Assembly: GCF_006345805.1 (NCBI RefSeq)
Contig: NC_042999.1
Span: 28,458,001-28,522,000, forward strand
DNA from: Octopus sinensis
Lineage: Eukaryota
Reading direction: 5' to 3'
DNA: 64,000 nt
The position numbers and the translations under genes are program-made. Positions 39,851-52,949 of the stretch are shown here, piece after piece. How positions within the stretch are numbered: the stretch's first letter is position 1; each line of letters begins with the position of its first letter. Below the pieces are notes generated by a model. That model saw nothing but the letters and a program-made list of their open reading frames with translations, was not told where the DNA came from and did not search any database.

Positions 39851-41711
39851 AGAAAATATGTTATATTATATTATATTATATCATATATTAGTATAAATAT
39901 AAACCAGTGTCCGTTATCATAATTTCCTCGGGAGTTAGAGATTTAAGTTTGAAGTGGTAGCAAAGAAAAGTAATATATATGAAATGGTGTAATCGTCCTT
40001 CAAGTAATATAGTATTCGTTGTTTCCATTACAGTTTTATTTGCTCTACTTAAATGAGAATATTTTTCTGTTGATATATTTTAAGATATATTGCAGATTGT
40101 GTGATGTCTGTCGTGTATATAACGCATGGGTAGTCATTTGTGTTTCTCATTCGATAAACGATATATGATGTTACCGAATATTGTCTGCTGGGTGTGATGA
40201 CTAAGCGGTTACGATGTTACTGCAATACAGTTGATAGATAATTAGGAACAGTGTATAGCATGTGTTATGCTAAACAAAGCGTATACACAAAGAGTGCAAA
40301 ACTGGGTTTGTATCCACATCCGCCTCTTTCAATTCTTAATATAAGTATACTTTTACAGGTTTTGTTGATTCTAAAACAAATGTGCTAAAGAGAAGCAGTT
40401 CGCCTGTGAGCGCAACCACCTTAATATTTCTAATTTTTGTTTTGGGGTGATGACAGTTATGTACAGTAGCGTTATCCTATTACTCATACTTATACTTAAC
40501 CTTCAACAAGTAACTTGATTTGCCAAGGTAATTCATTTTCTTCATTGACGTAAGTTTCATGCTCTTAACATACGTGTAAGATGTCTTGACAAAGAATTAA
40601 TGCGTTGTTATTGCTTATATCATCATAGAAGATGCTCCTTATAGTAAACAGTTGTTGTAAATCAACAAATTAAGTAGAAGACAAATCACTGGGAATAAAA
40701 TAGTTTTCTAAATGCTTTACAATGCTCAAAGTTTTGTGCTGTGGATGAAAATTTGAGAATATATTGGTAGTATATGTGGAGAGATGTGTATGATCAAAAT
40801 AAGGAGATAGGTCAAAATGAAGACATGAAGAGAGAATGAGAGAAAGAAAGAGAGAAAAGAAGAATAAAAAAAGAAATAATAAAATAATAAACAATAAAAT
40901 AAAGAGAAAAATAGAAAAAAATGAGAGAGGAAAAAATGAGTGAAGGGAGTGAAAAAGTGAAGAAAGAGTGATTGAAGTGAGAAAAGGAGTGGCAGTTGCT
41001 GGTCAAGATAATGTGAGGAGAGGATGGGAGAGGAGTAGGTGAGGGTGGATAAGAGGGGATCAGAAGGTAAGAAGTGAATAATTGTGAGATATGTGAATAG
41101 GAGTGTTATGATAGGGCTGCATTAAGAGATGTGTAGAGAAAAGGTATGGGTGGGGTGATACTATAGTGAATTGTAGTTTTAGTATTAAAATTTAAAGTGG
41201 AGGGGAGAATGCAAAGATGTCAAACTTCTATAGATAGACTATATGATAGGTTAGGTTAATAGAGAGGAAGAAAGAGGAAGAAAGAAAGAATGTTACGGCA
41301 TACACATGCTCGCACACACGTACGTATACCTGTGAGCATATGATTACATACATACACACACACACATATATATATATATTATATACATATACATAGGCAC
41401 ATACATACACATACATATATACATATATACACGTGCATGCTCAAGCGCATCCGTAAAAGTATGCCTACACGCGAATGCATGCGCATATATATATACACAT
41501 AGATATACTCACTCAAACATATTTCCATAAACATATGAACGTACATATACATATACATACACACATTCACACTTAAATAGATATATGTATTCTGTTGTGT
41601 CTGCGGAGACACAACAAAATAAATAAGTAAATGAGTGGAAACCAGTGAGAGTGTCAAATAATAAAGCACTAAGAGAGAATGACTCTCACTTCTCTGTCTC
41701 TCTCTCCGTTT

Positions 41712-41761
<50 letters not shown>

Positions 41762-43370
41762 GTAGGTATGTATGAACGTATGTATACCATTTTATTTTAT
41801 CTACATTCTTCTATAGAATTTAGAGCTAACATTTTAAATTACGTTATTTTTTATACGAACACATGAACAATATGATCGATGGTGTAAAATAGGTAATGGT
41901 GTATTTACATATTTCAAGAGTTCCTTATTCAGTAGCACAGCCAGCACGTTGACTATCTACGAATATATTGCTTAAATATCCACTATATTACCAATTACCT
42001 ATTTTTCTCTCTTCGACCGTATTGTCTACATAGACGTATGCGTACACCATAAGTCGTAACTTTCTTTAGTGGTTCTTAGAACTATAGATATCGTGCAGAA
42101 TTAATTTAACAGTGATTGTATCAAACTGTTCAAGCTCAGTGATTGTATCTCACTGTCAAATCTGATACCACCTGGCTTGAATGTTACGACACCAGTGGGT
42201 TCATATAAACCTAGAAGTGTATTGGAAAGGGCAGGACACGGAATTCCCAATAAAAAACTTGATGGAAATGTTGACCTCCTGTGTAGAATCTATCTACTTC
42301 AGTATGGACACTAATATATATCGAAAAGTAGAGGGTTTAGCTATGGGTTCGCCATTATCACCGATAATAGCCAATATATACGTGGAATACTTTGAGAATT
42401 TGGCTTCAGGATCAACACCATTAAAACCATTATGGCTGCGATATGTTGATGGCACCTTCATACTCTAGCCCCACCAGGGAGATGTCCAAGTGCTCTTAGA
42501 TCATGTGAACTCAATAAAGCCATCCATACAGTTTATAATAGAAAAACAAAAAAAGACAATCAGCTGGCATTCCTGGACGTATTAATAACACGCACCAAGT
42601 ATGGATTCAGGACATCCGTATACCGCAAACCGACCATCACTGGAAGATACCTCAACTTCAACTCCTACCGTCCATACAGTGTAAAGAGAGGGATTACTCA
42701 GTGCCTAAAACATCGAACAATGAATATAAGTAGTGATCGTGATACCACCACGAAGAAATGACCAAGCTCAGTAACAATTCTATTAAGTAACAACTACCCC
42801 AATGAATACTCTCCATTCCAATTATAAAATAAAAGAGAGGATGAAACTGAAAATTTGTCCATAGTCTGTCTACCCTATGTGAAAAGCCTTTCCGAAAAGA
42901 TACGAAAGATATGCGGTCCATATGACATCAGGAAAATATTCAAAATAATACAACACTTGGCAAATATCTCCGAGTAAAACCACCAATAGAATAGAATATG
43001 ACCAAGAACTGCGCGTACTGCATCCAATACAGCTGTGGTAGGTTATACACAGTGAAACATGCCGCCCCCTCAAAATAAGGGTAGAGGAACATCGCAATGC
43101 TGTGACACGAGGTGATATTGATGAATCGGTTATAGCTGATCAAGTATGGAAAAATGGAGACCACCTCCCCTTGTGGGATGAAGTTAAAATAATAGACAGA
43201 GAACACCACTGAAAAACACGAAAACTAAATGAAGCAGCACATATGCTAGGGCACAACAACCTCCTAAGCAGACCTAGTGCAGATACGAACAGCATATAGT
43301 AACCGGTCTTAAGAAAAGATAGGAGAATATTAGATTTTTAAGCCCTAAAATTCACTCTATAATTGCCCAC

Positions 43371-43443
43371 GGTCATATGGCGTAGTGGTTAAGAGCGTGG
43401 GCTACTAACCCCAATATTCCGAGTTTGGTTTCAGGCCGTGACC
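43371..43443 (+). ncRNA. tRNA-like Pol III module embedded in the PLE 3' region
   Basis: ggtca...tgacc acceptor stem, A-box tggcgtagtgg, anticodon-like arm tggg-ctactaa-ccca, degenerate B-box; second copy at 63688-63756. Confidence 0.65.
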
Positions 43444-43572
43444 TGAATAATAATAATAATAATAGTAATGATAATAATAATAATCATAATAATAATAACA
43501 ACAAGAACAACAACAACAACAACATCGAAAAATACCTTAGGAATGAGAACCCAGGTTCGAAAAATCCCCCAA

Positions 43573-43618
43573 GAAACCTGATGAAGGCTGAAGGGTATAT
43601 CAGCCGAAATGTTTTGTT
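43573..43618 (+). ncRNA. Minimal type-I hammerhead ribozyme motif in a PLE terminal repeat
   Basis: gaaac-CTGATGA-A-GGCTG-aagggtatat-CAGCC-GAAA-tg-tt-ttgtt; stem II perfect, stems I and III partly mutated. Confidence 0.65.
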
Positions 43619-43989
43619 AACAACAATCAAGATGAGGACAAATATCGGAAAGAGGAAGTTAAGTGTAGATATAACAAGCAGATGTATTAGTTTAAGGCTA
43701 GTGAAAAACGGAAAATTCTTTTACGTTTCAAGCCTACGCTCTGCGACTGAAGAGAGAAAAGGATTAACGAATAAAATGGAGAGAGAAAAGAATGTGCAGA
43801 ATTCACACACACACACACACACATGTAAATACTGAAAGTGTCCGTCGTATATATATATATATGTTTGCGTGTGTGTGTGTGTGTGTGCGTGTGTTTGTAT
43901 ATATATATATATATATATATATGCGTATATGTGTGTGAGTGTCTCTCTCTCTTTATATATATATATATATATATACAAAACACTGGCAC

Positions 43990-44175
43990 AAAAACACATA
44001 CATATATATATATATTAATTATATACCGACGGGCATCTTACATCTTCCACCTAAGTAATCTGCTCACAATGCTCTGGTTGGCTTGATGCAATAGTAGGAG
44101 ACACCTGTCCAAGGTACCAAGATGCTGCGCAGCAGAACTGAACCCGGAACCATGTGATTGGTATGCAATCTTCTT
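43990..44175 (-). mobile_element. SINE family A 5' half
   Basis: Reverse complement contains tcacatggttccgggttcagttc..ttggacaggtgtctcctactattgc..ccaaccagagcattgtgag..gcccgtcgg. Confidence 0.65.
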
Positions 44176-44781
44176 TCCACACATCCACACCTATATATGC
44201 TTTCGTCACTAAATTTATGTCTAAAATTATATTTGTTAGCAGGGTAACTTATGCCAGACATCCGATTCATCGTAATTAGTTTTGACAAATCTGCTTATAT
44301 TGAAATGTTATTTACCAGATTTTGGCAGAACATGCCATATATTTACACATTTACAAATTGGCAGGATCACGAGAGATTTAGATAAAACATCGCGTACAGA
44401 CAGTTTGGCTCTTTGCTCTTTGAGTTCAAATGCCATCGAAGTTAGCTCTGTCTTTAATTTTTTCTGTGTTTGTAAACAATGTACCATATCAATGTCAGGA
44501 ATTCTCTGTTTGTTTTCCTCTCTCTGTATTTCCACACTGTACTTATGTATCGATGTTCCAAACTTGTCATGTATCGCTTATTCCACGAAAGAATAGTTTG
44601 TAATCAGAGGTTTTTATAGACAACCGTACAGATCTGTGTGACACTCAGTAACATATGATTTACACGAAAAGAAATTCAGTTGGTTCATCAACTGAATAAT
44701 ATTCGCCAGTGCTGACGGAAAATCCACCATAATAAACATTTTTAATGCAAAGCTTCTCAAGATCCTTGAATATTGGTATAT

Positions 44782-45227
44782 ATTCCTTTATTGCCCACAA
44801 GGGGCTAAACACAGAGGAGACAAACAAAGACAGACAAAGGGATTAAGTCAATTACATTGACCCCAGTGCGTAACTGGTGCTTTATTTATCGACCCCGAAA
44901 GGATGAAATACAAAATCGACTTCGGCGGAATTTGAACTCAGACATAACGGCAGACGAAATACCGGAAAGCATTTCACCCGTCGCGCTAACGTTTCTTATT
45001 TCTTTATTGCCCACAAGGGGCTAAATATAGAGGAGACAAACAAAGACAGACAAAGGGATTAAGTCAATTACATCGACCCCTAGTGCGTAACTGGTACTTC
45101 ATTTATCGACTCCGAAAGGATGAAATTCAAAGTCGACCTCGGCGGAATTTGAACTCAAACGTAACGGCAGACGAAATACCGGAAAGCATTTCACCCGGCG
45201 CGTTAACGTTTCTGCCAGCTAGCCGCC
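44782..45227 (-). mobile_element. Tandem dimer of SINE family B
   Basis: Two head-to-tail copies, 44782-44995 (head clipped) and 44996-45227, sharing the variant accggaaagcatttcacccg. Confidence 0.9.
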
Positions 45228-45596
45228 TTATCCATGAATATTGATATAAGCCAATGTTGTACATTAAGGTAGGACGGATTGATTAATTTTTATTTTGTTA
45301 TTTCTTGTATTAATGGGAGCATTTATTTCAGATTTACTCTTGGTGTGATTTGAACTCAAAAGGTAAATGTTCATAAGAAAATGCTTTCGACAGTTTTTCA
45401 TTAGTCTGATGATTCTGTAAATCCACCAACTTCCATAAAAATAAACATTTTGGAAAAAAAACTTGAGAATTTAGTTCAACAAGCGTTTCGTTTAATAATG
45501 GAACTGCTTCAAACCAATCTGCCGCAAACACAAGATAAGCACTGTTACATTTTATTACAATGACAAAGAATATATATATTACCGAACTATGTTAGG

Positions 45597-45765
45597 GGCA
45601 GGAGTGGCTGTGTGGTAAGTAGCTTTTTTACGAACAACATGGTTCCGGGTTCAGTCCAACTGTGTGGCACCTTGGGCAAGTGTCTTCTACTATAGCCTCG
45701 GGCCGACCAAAGCCTTGTGAGTGGATTTGGTAGACGGAAACTGAAAGAGGCCCGTCGTATATATG

Positions 45766-45802
<37 letters not shown>

Positions 45803-46020
45803 TTGTGTGTCTGTGTTTGTCCCCCTAGCATTGCTTGACAACCGATGCTGGTTTGTTTATGTCCCGTTACTTAGCAGTTCGACAAAAGAGACCGATAGAA
45901 TAAGTATTGGACTTACAAAAGAATAAGTCCAGGGGTCGAGTTGCTCGATTAAAGGCGATGCTCCAGCATGGCTGCAGTCAAATGACTGAAACAAATAAAA
46001 GAGTAAAAGAGTAAAAGAGT
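45597..46020 (+). mobile_element. Full-length tRNA-derived SINE family A
   Basis: tRNA-like head, internal (TA)/(TG), 3' end aaggcgatgctccagcatggctgcagtcaaatgactgaaac and (AAAAGAGT)n tail. Confidence 0.9.
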
Positions 46021-46627
46021 ATGTTTTTTTTCTTTCTGAGGAGTAAATACTTAGATAATATCATGTTTTTAATTGTTGACATCTCAATAATAACATAGAT
46101 ATTGAACGTACTCTGCTGTAGAGAACATACTAAGAGCGTTCTGCAGTCTGTATAAAAAACATGGCATATACTGTCTCAAAATCGTAACGAACGTCGTTGT
46201 ATTATATAGATATGTTTGAATACGAGGCTGAGAGATCCTTTTAGTGAATTTTCTGTATCAAGATGCATTGCAAATAAAAAAAACCTGCCAGTTGGGACAA
46301 TTATGTGCTGAAAAATGTTTAATTTTAGAAATTCGTAGGTGTGTAATGCATTAAATTGTTGCATTGCTCTTAAGATTTAAACAGATTTTAGTTGAATATC
46401 AACGGGAAGAACGGTCTTACGCACTGACGTTCGACTGTCTACTGATGCTTTAGTCGTTATTCTAAATCCTAGATTCCCATCAAATTCTTCCACTCTATTT
46501 GAAACCAATGAAAGTCTCATTGGATAAAATCGTCTTAGATTTCTTGTTAAACAAGAAATAGCCTGATGGTCATGGCTGAATGCCTTTCACAAAACATCTG
46601 CTCGACATTACTTGCCTGAGACGAAAT

Positions 46628-47019
46628 GGATGGAAGCACTCTGTCGGTTCCGACGACGAGGGTTCCGGTTGATCCGACTAACGGAACAGCCTGCTCGTGA
46701 AATTAACGTGTAAGTGGCTGAGCACTCCACAGACACGTGTACCCTTAACGTAGTTCTCGAGGATATTCAGCGTGACACAGAGAGTGACAAGGCCGGCCCT
46801 TTGAAATACAGGTACAACAGAAACAGGAAGTAAGAGTGAGAGAAAATTGTGGTGAAAGAGTGTACAGCAGGGATCACCACCATCCCCTGCCGGAGCCTCG
46901 TGGAGCTTTAAGTGTGTTTCGCTCAATAAACACTCACAACGCCCGCGGCTGGGGAAACGAAAACCGCGATCCTACGACCGCGAGTCCGCTGCCCTAACCA
47001 CTGGACCATTACGCCTCCA
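46628..47019 (-). mobile_element. tRNA-derived SINE family C with a 13-bp target-site duplication
   Basis: Minus head ggaggcgtaatggtccagtggttagggcagcggactcgcgg..; TSD cctgagacgaaat at 46615-46627 and 47020-47032. Confidence 0.9.
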
Positions 47020-47784
47020 CCTGAGACGAAATAACAAACCTACCATTTGATTGCTTTAACTTGTAAAATACAAGTTAATTTCCACTTAAAACGTATGAGA
47101 GAAGCATACGATGTAGCGGCCAAACGTCTCTTCAATTAGCACCCATCCTTTTAAATTATGCATATTTGTTCCACCCTAAATAGATGCAATGGCCATAGCT
47201 GTTATGAGTTTAATTCATATTGATTGACTTTGTGCCAAAATTAACAGATATGTTCGCAGATTATAAAGCAAAGTATCAAAAACCTTAAAATTATGTTGAA
47301 AATCATAGACAAAATAGAAAACTTTAAGGAAGATTCTTTCGAATAAGATTTCATATAATTGTCATCCAAATCTGAACGTTGTGGTGAAATGTAAAGGAAA
47401 CGTTATTTCAGTTTGCTGACACTTCTGATTCACTTTATTAATGCTTATTGAACGTGAGAGACTAGGTATCTAGCCGATACCCTCCAATGATTCAACGCAT
47501 CATATGATACGTTGAAGTTTTCACGTAGCAATTACAGTCGTTTAAGTACTTTTACAGCATGAAAACCTCAAACATGGTGCAGCTATCCTGATTACAATGA
47601 AAAAGGAGAGTAGATATACATGTGTGTCCTTTGTCCTTTGACAGTGAATGAGGTTTACTTTCAAAGATATTTTTCTGTTATAAGTTAGCTTTCTGAATTT
47701 AAGCTAAGAAGTTTAGTTCGTGCTAGTCAAAGTTAATTTATACGTTTTCATAGAGAATACAAAAAAAGAGAAAATGAAATACCT

Positions 47785-48015
47785 ATTTCTTTACTACCCA
47801 CAAGGGGCTAAACACAGAGAGGACAAACAAGGACAGACAAACGGATTTAAGTCGATTATATCGACCCCAATGCGTAGCTGGTACTTATTTAATCGATCCC
47901 GAAAGGATGAAAGGCAAAGTCGACCTTGGCGGAATTTGAACTCAAAACGTAACGACAGACGAAATACCGCTAAGCATTTCGCCGGCGTGCTAACGTTTCT
48001 GCTAGCTCGCCGCCT
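47785..48015 (-). mobile_element. tRNA-derived SINE family B
   Basis: cccacaaggggctaaacacagag..ggcggaatttgaactcaaa..ctagctcgccgcc. Confidence 0.9.
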
Positions 48016-48805
48016 TATGAGAAAATGAAATACCAACACTCGTGAAATTTATTATCATGTACTAAATCTAGGGATTTTTATGGTAAAGCTTTATTATTAA
48101 GTCAAGAGTTTGCTGAAAGTAGCATATCAAAATTAGTGTTGTATTAGAGATTAGATTTAACACGAAGTATCCCCTGTCAAAACCACGGGAAAAAGGTCAA
48201 ATAAAACAGGTGTGAGCTGTATTTCGAATCGCAGAGCAGCAACGCAAATGGGCAAAATGTGAAATATCCTAATGAAGATTCTCAATTTTATATGAATTTA
48301 TTCTCATCATTCAATGATATTGTCGTGGTTCAGGATTTATTTTTTAAAATGAATTTTCCGTTTCTCACACACACAACACACATTTCCGATAACACACGCC
48401 AAAAAGCAACAGCCACAAACACATACACACACAGCAATGATATGCATTTGTCACAGCTACTCCCCATAGCAACGCAATATCCCATTCATTTCATCACAGG
48501 AAAAGAGCAGAATCACACTCACAAAAATGAACAAACGCTAGCCAAAAATGTACATACATTCATGCATAAACTTATGAACACATAATTTACACAGAATTGG
48601 GCACACCACAATTATATCCAGTAGACATACATACACGCATACATGCACATACATGTCTTCCCCTTTCTCTGTTTGTTTATACGATGAGGCCCCAATACAT
48701 AACAAAATTTAAGGCATTTCTCAATTTTTTCAATCTATGAGGAAGAAGTTCAATATGCCATGTTTGTAAAGCAAGCACGTAGGCTTACATACATATATAA
48801 TACAT

Positions 48806-48840
<35 letters not shown>

Positions 48841-49129
48841 AAAACACATACACATACACAGAGGTTATACTGAAATAAATTATTATCAAAATATACAAAT
48901 TATTGAGTCCGATATTTCTCAGAGTCAGTACTCCCTACTACACTAGTACACTGCCTTTACACTTCTACAGAACATACATAGATATATGTTTGTATTTCAG
49001 TATATATATGTACATATATATATCGGCATGTACATGTAATTGTTGTGTGTGTATATATATCTATATATATATATATATATATAATATGTATATATATATA
49101 CATATATATATATATAGATATATATTACC

Positions 49130-50030
49130 TCTGTCCATCCACTACAAACAAACAGACCCACACTCCTACCTTAACTTCTCCTCTCACCCTATACAGATCA
49201 AGCTCTCCACCCCTACTCCCAATTTCTCCGTCTGCGCAGGCTCTGCAGTGACAACTTTTGACTTTGAGACTCAGTCTCAATTCATGGCTCACTACTTCCT
49301 CCTACGTGTTTATCTCCTCATCCCTTACCTCACTGCTCTTGCTAGGGCATGATCTGTGGACTGTCTCCCTTCCTTCTCCTGGCTCTTGCCTCACCGTTAA
49401 CCCTCTCCGGTTTCCTCTCACCTGCAATCTCTCCACACTGCCTCTCTAACGCACCATTCGGTGAGCCTTCATCCGATTCCACTCCGACCTCTCCACCTCA
49501 CACATCTTTCCCAACCTCCCCTTTCCCTCCTTCAAACGAGCTCATAACCGCTGTGACTTCCTGGCCCACAGTATCTTCCCTAAACCCACCTCCCAGCCTG
49601 ATTCGTTACTCTGATCCCGCCAACACTGTCGCACCTACCCCTACGTCTACAACATCACCATCCTCAAAATTATCCATCATCATCCGTATCACATCTTCTT
49701 TACCCGCATTTGGAGTAATGTAATGTACTGCATCTCCTGCTCACTCTGTCCTTCCTTGTACATCGGTCAAGCGGGACGTCGCTTTACTGAATGGTTCACG
49801 GAGCACCTCCGGGACATCAGACTCGGAAACAGCAGATAATGACACCACGACGGTCTCTCTCCATTTCCGCTCTACTGGTCATTCGCCACAACATCTCTCT
49901 CTGTGATCGGATTATCTTTGCCTAGGGGACACCCAAACTCCCACCTTCTCCGTGAACAGTAATTAATCGCTCTTCGCTCCTTTGCGCCACAAGGGCTCAA
50001 CTCACCTCCTCTCTTCATATGACACCAACC
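49130..50030 (+). mobile_element. Penelope-like element 3' part (RT thumb and GIY-YIG), decayed
   Basis: SIHYKQTDPHSYLNFSSHP; QFLRLRRLCSD; NV+YCISCSLCPSL.YIGQAGRRF..WFTEHLRDIR across frames. Confidence 0.8.
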
Positions 50031-50784
50031 TCACCCCTTCTCCTCATTCAACACCAACCCCACATAAATTCCACAGACACTAGCACTGACCACTTCTCAG
50101 CACCCACACCCTCAGCACCATCATCCACACCCCCCATTCACTAGCTTCTATAGCGTCACCACACATACAGCTATATGAGCAAACACTCACACTGTTTAAC
50201 TCAGTACACACGTCACACTCCATCATGCACTCTCTCACACCCACACATGCAATAATATATGAACACAGAAAAAAAAAATATATATACATGCAACATACAT
50301 AGACAAAGATAACTTTGGCCCACATACATACACCATACACATGAACACTCTTGGCTCACACACACATATGCACACACCATGTAGAAAAGCACACATTAAA
50401 TGATACACAAAACGCATACACATGTTACGTACGCACAAACACACACATACACACACACTCACACGCACCATTTCCACATACGCACACACACGCACGTTCA
50501 CCTTCTCTTATTGGGATCACTAGCACTATTATTATCTCCCTTTCATTCAACCCATTTTTTATTATTATCTTCCTTTGTTTTTCAACCTCTTTTTTTCCCA
50601 ATAAGTCACCATACTGGACCGGTAAACACTACACGCTTTTTTTTCATTCTCTCTCTATTTACTTCCTGTTATTCCTTTCTGTTGAAGAGAGTAGGCTCGA
50701 AACATTTCCTGAGCGTCACACTAAAACACTTGGCTGAGGTTCATACACATGTCTTCGTCTTTTGTTTTTCTGTAAATTCTAGCT

Positions 50785-50950
<166 letters not shown>

Positions 50951-51864
50951 TATGTAGGCGGGCGTGTCTATGTGAGTCAATGCATTGTGTATATATGTAT
51001 AGATATTTCGCTTTAAAAAGGTACATTAGAAAAATCATGCCTTTTCATATTATTATTCGCATAGTTATTTGCATGTTCTGGACAGGTAATTCATATATTT
51101 CCAACTCGGAAATATATAATTTGACATAGAAAGAGATCAATAGAATTATTCGGGAACCATGATATCAGCTCTTATTAGTAAAGTCCCTTTTTCGCTGAAG
51201 GTATACAATCGTATCATAATTCGTATTCTAATAGCCACCGCAATCAACTTGTATATTTATAGTAATCCCTAGAGTAAGAACGAGAGTGAAAATGAGAAAG
51301 AGATAGAGAGATTTCCCTGTTCGTGAGATACCGGATGAATATGCCTAAAATCAAAAATTCACATGAGGTAGCATGTATTCTTGGCTTTGTGTTACGATAT
51401 TTGAAAATCTGTTATTTGCTATATTTGAATATCTATAATATTGTCTTCTCGTATTGCAATTTCTGAAGTAATACTTTATGGTGCCTACGGAATATTGTGT
51501 CGTTTAATGATATTTCTGATTCTAAATGTGTAAAGCATCACATTACATATGGAGAGTCTATATCAACTTCAAAGTGTTTTATTTCATTTACAGCAGCATA
51601 TGTCGAATACAAGAAAAATCGGAGCTTGTAATATCCAAAGGTGTTTTCTTCTTTTTGTTTGTTAATAAAATAAAAAAAAATAGTATATTCGTATGATTGA
51701 AAATGCTTAACATTTTCACCAATTTGGCGTATTTCAAAAAGAATGTGGTGCATGGAAATACATAATAATTTTTATATTCGAATCATCATCGACATATAAG
51801 CTGCAATCAGAAACAGAAACTCCAGTATCACCACTGCAGACCATTATCACTATCCACCACAAAA

Positions 51865-52148
51865 GCTACCACCACCACCACCACACCACCACCACTGCTG
51901 CCGCTGATGACACCACCACTACCACCACCATCATCATCATTATCAACGTTTCCACCGACCATCAGCAACACGACCTATGAACGTTACCACCACTACCATG
52001 CCGCAAACCATCACGAAAACAACCACCACTCCCAGCTGCGGCTGCGACCGAAACGAGCGGCACTATTACCAACACAATTTTTCTCCTACCCTCCTCATCA
52101 TCATCATCGTCGTCGTAGTCATCATCATCATCATCATCATTATCATCC
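51865..52148. repeat. (CAC)/(CAT)-rich low-complexity tract
   Basis: Directly visible. Confidence 0.85.
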
Positions 52149-52949
52149 ACAAGAATGTGACACATGGACATATTCCCCATATGCCAATAAGTATTAGGTT
52201 TGTGTCTGGTGCAGAATAGATGACCTCGATTTGAAGAGACGGGTCCCTCTGTCTGCACTGAGGTAGTCTCTCGTTAGAAAAACACCTCTAACATCTATCC
52301 TTATTTCCCCTATATTTATTTGCTTGCTAGTTGTGTAAGCATCGGATGTGGCGATCAGCATAGGGAAGAAACGAGCTTAAATGGAAGCAGGCAGGCCTGT
52401 CAGAGTTTTAGATGATTCGTATGGCAACTTCACTAGTGATGATGGTACGCTAAAAACACTGGTAGTTGAAAACCTTAAGTCACACATCTTATTTATTAGA
52501 AAATTGTCAAGAATTGACTCTGTATCTGTTGTTGTTTATTGAGAGATATAGAAAATATCGAAGTAGGTCAGGTTTTCGTTAAACGACAAGGATACATGTC
52601 TGACGCTGTTCAAACAGCTTGTGAAGATAAATGTAAGGGAAAAGGGGAATTACCATACCAGCCGAAGCTTTGGCTTCCTCTATTCGGTAGACAGTGTAGT
52701 TGCGGTGCATGTTGCTAAAACCCAGCGCCTAAAAGCACTAGAAAGAGCCTTCAAAGGAATGTGAGCGAAAATAGATCAGGCAGTACGAGAGAGTGGTGTT
52801 CGTCATCACTAGCGAAATTCTTGCAAAGTAGAACTCCATACTCCCCATATGTAATAGGGAACTCAGCCACTACACAACCTGATAGGGAGAAAGATCTGTT
52901 ACATTAAGACAAAATTCTATTAGGGTTGGAAAACTGTTTTTTTTTTCTG

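Larger units (their letters stand above)
42181..43650 (+). mobile_element. Penelope-like element (RT, GIY-YIG, tRNA-like module, microsatellite, terminal repeat), decayed
   Basis: EGLAMGSPLSPIIANIYVE, WLRYVDGTF, LAFLDVLI, VYRKPTITGRYLNFNS; LWDEVKIIDREHH..RKLNEAAH; terminal repeat with hammerhead motif. Confidence 0.9.

Noticed and set aside
40950-41230. Very decayed PLE RT on the minus strand (likewise 56690-56900)
   Set aside because: Only faint similarity to the HP.LKFT..PFLD and LLELVL.NN motifs; too weak to list as a feature.
43371-43443. tRNA-like sequences as real tRNA genes (also the SINE heads at 134, 45597, 46950 and 63688)
   Set aside because: Degenerate T-arm/B-box and embedding in repeats; they are retroelement-derived heads.
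45395-45560. Possible exon SDDSVNPPTSIKINILEKKLENLVQQAFRLIMELLQTNLPQ
   Set aside because: An acceptor-like site is present but there is no convincing donor or homology.
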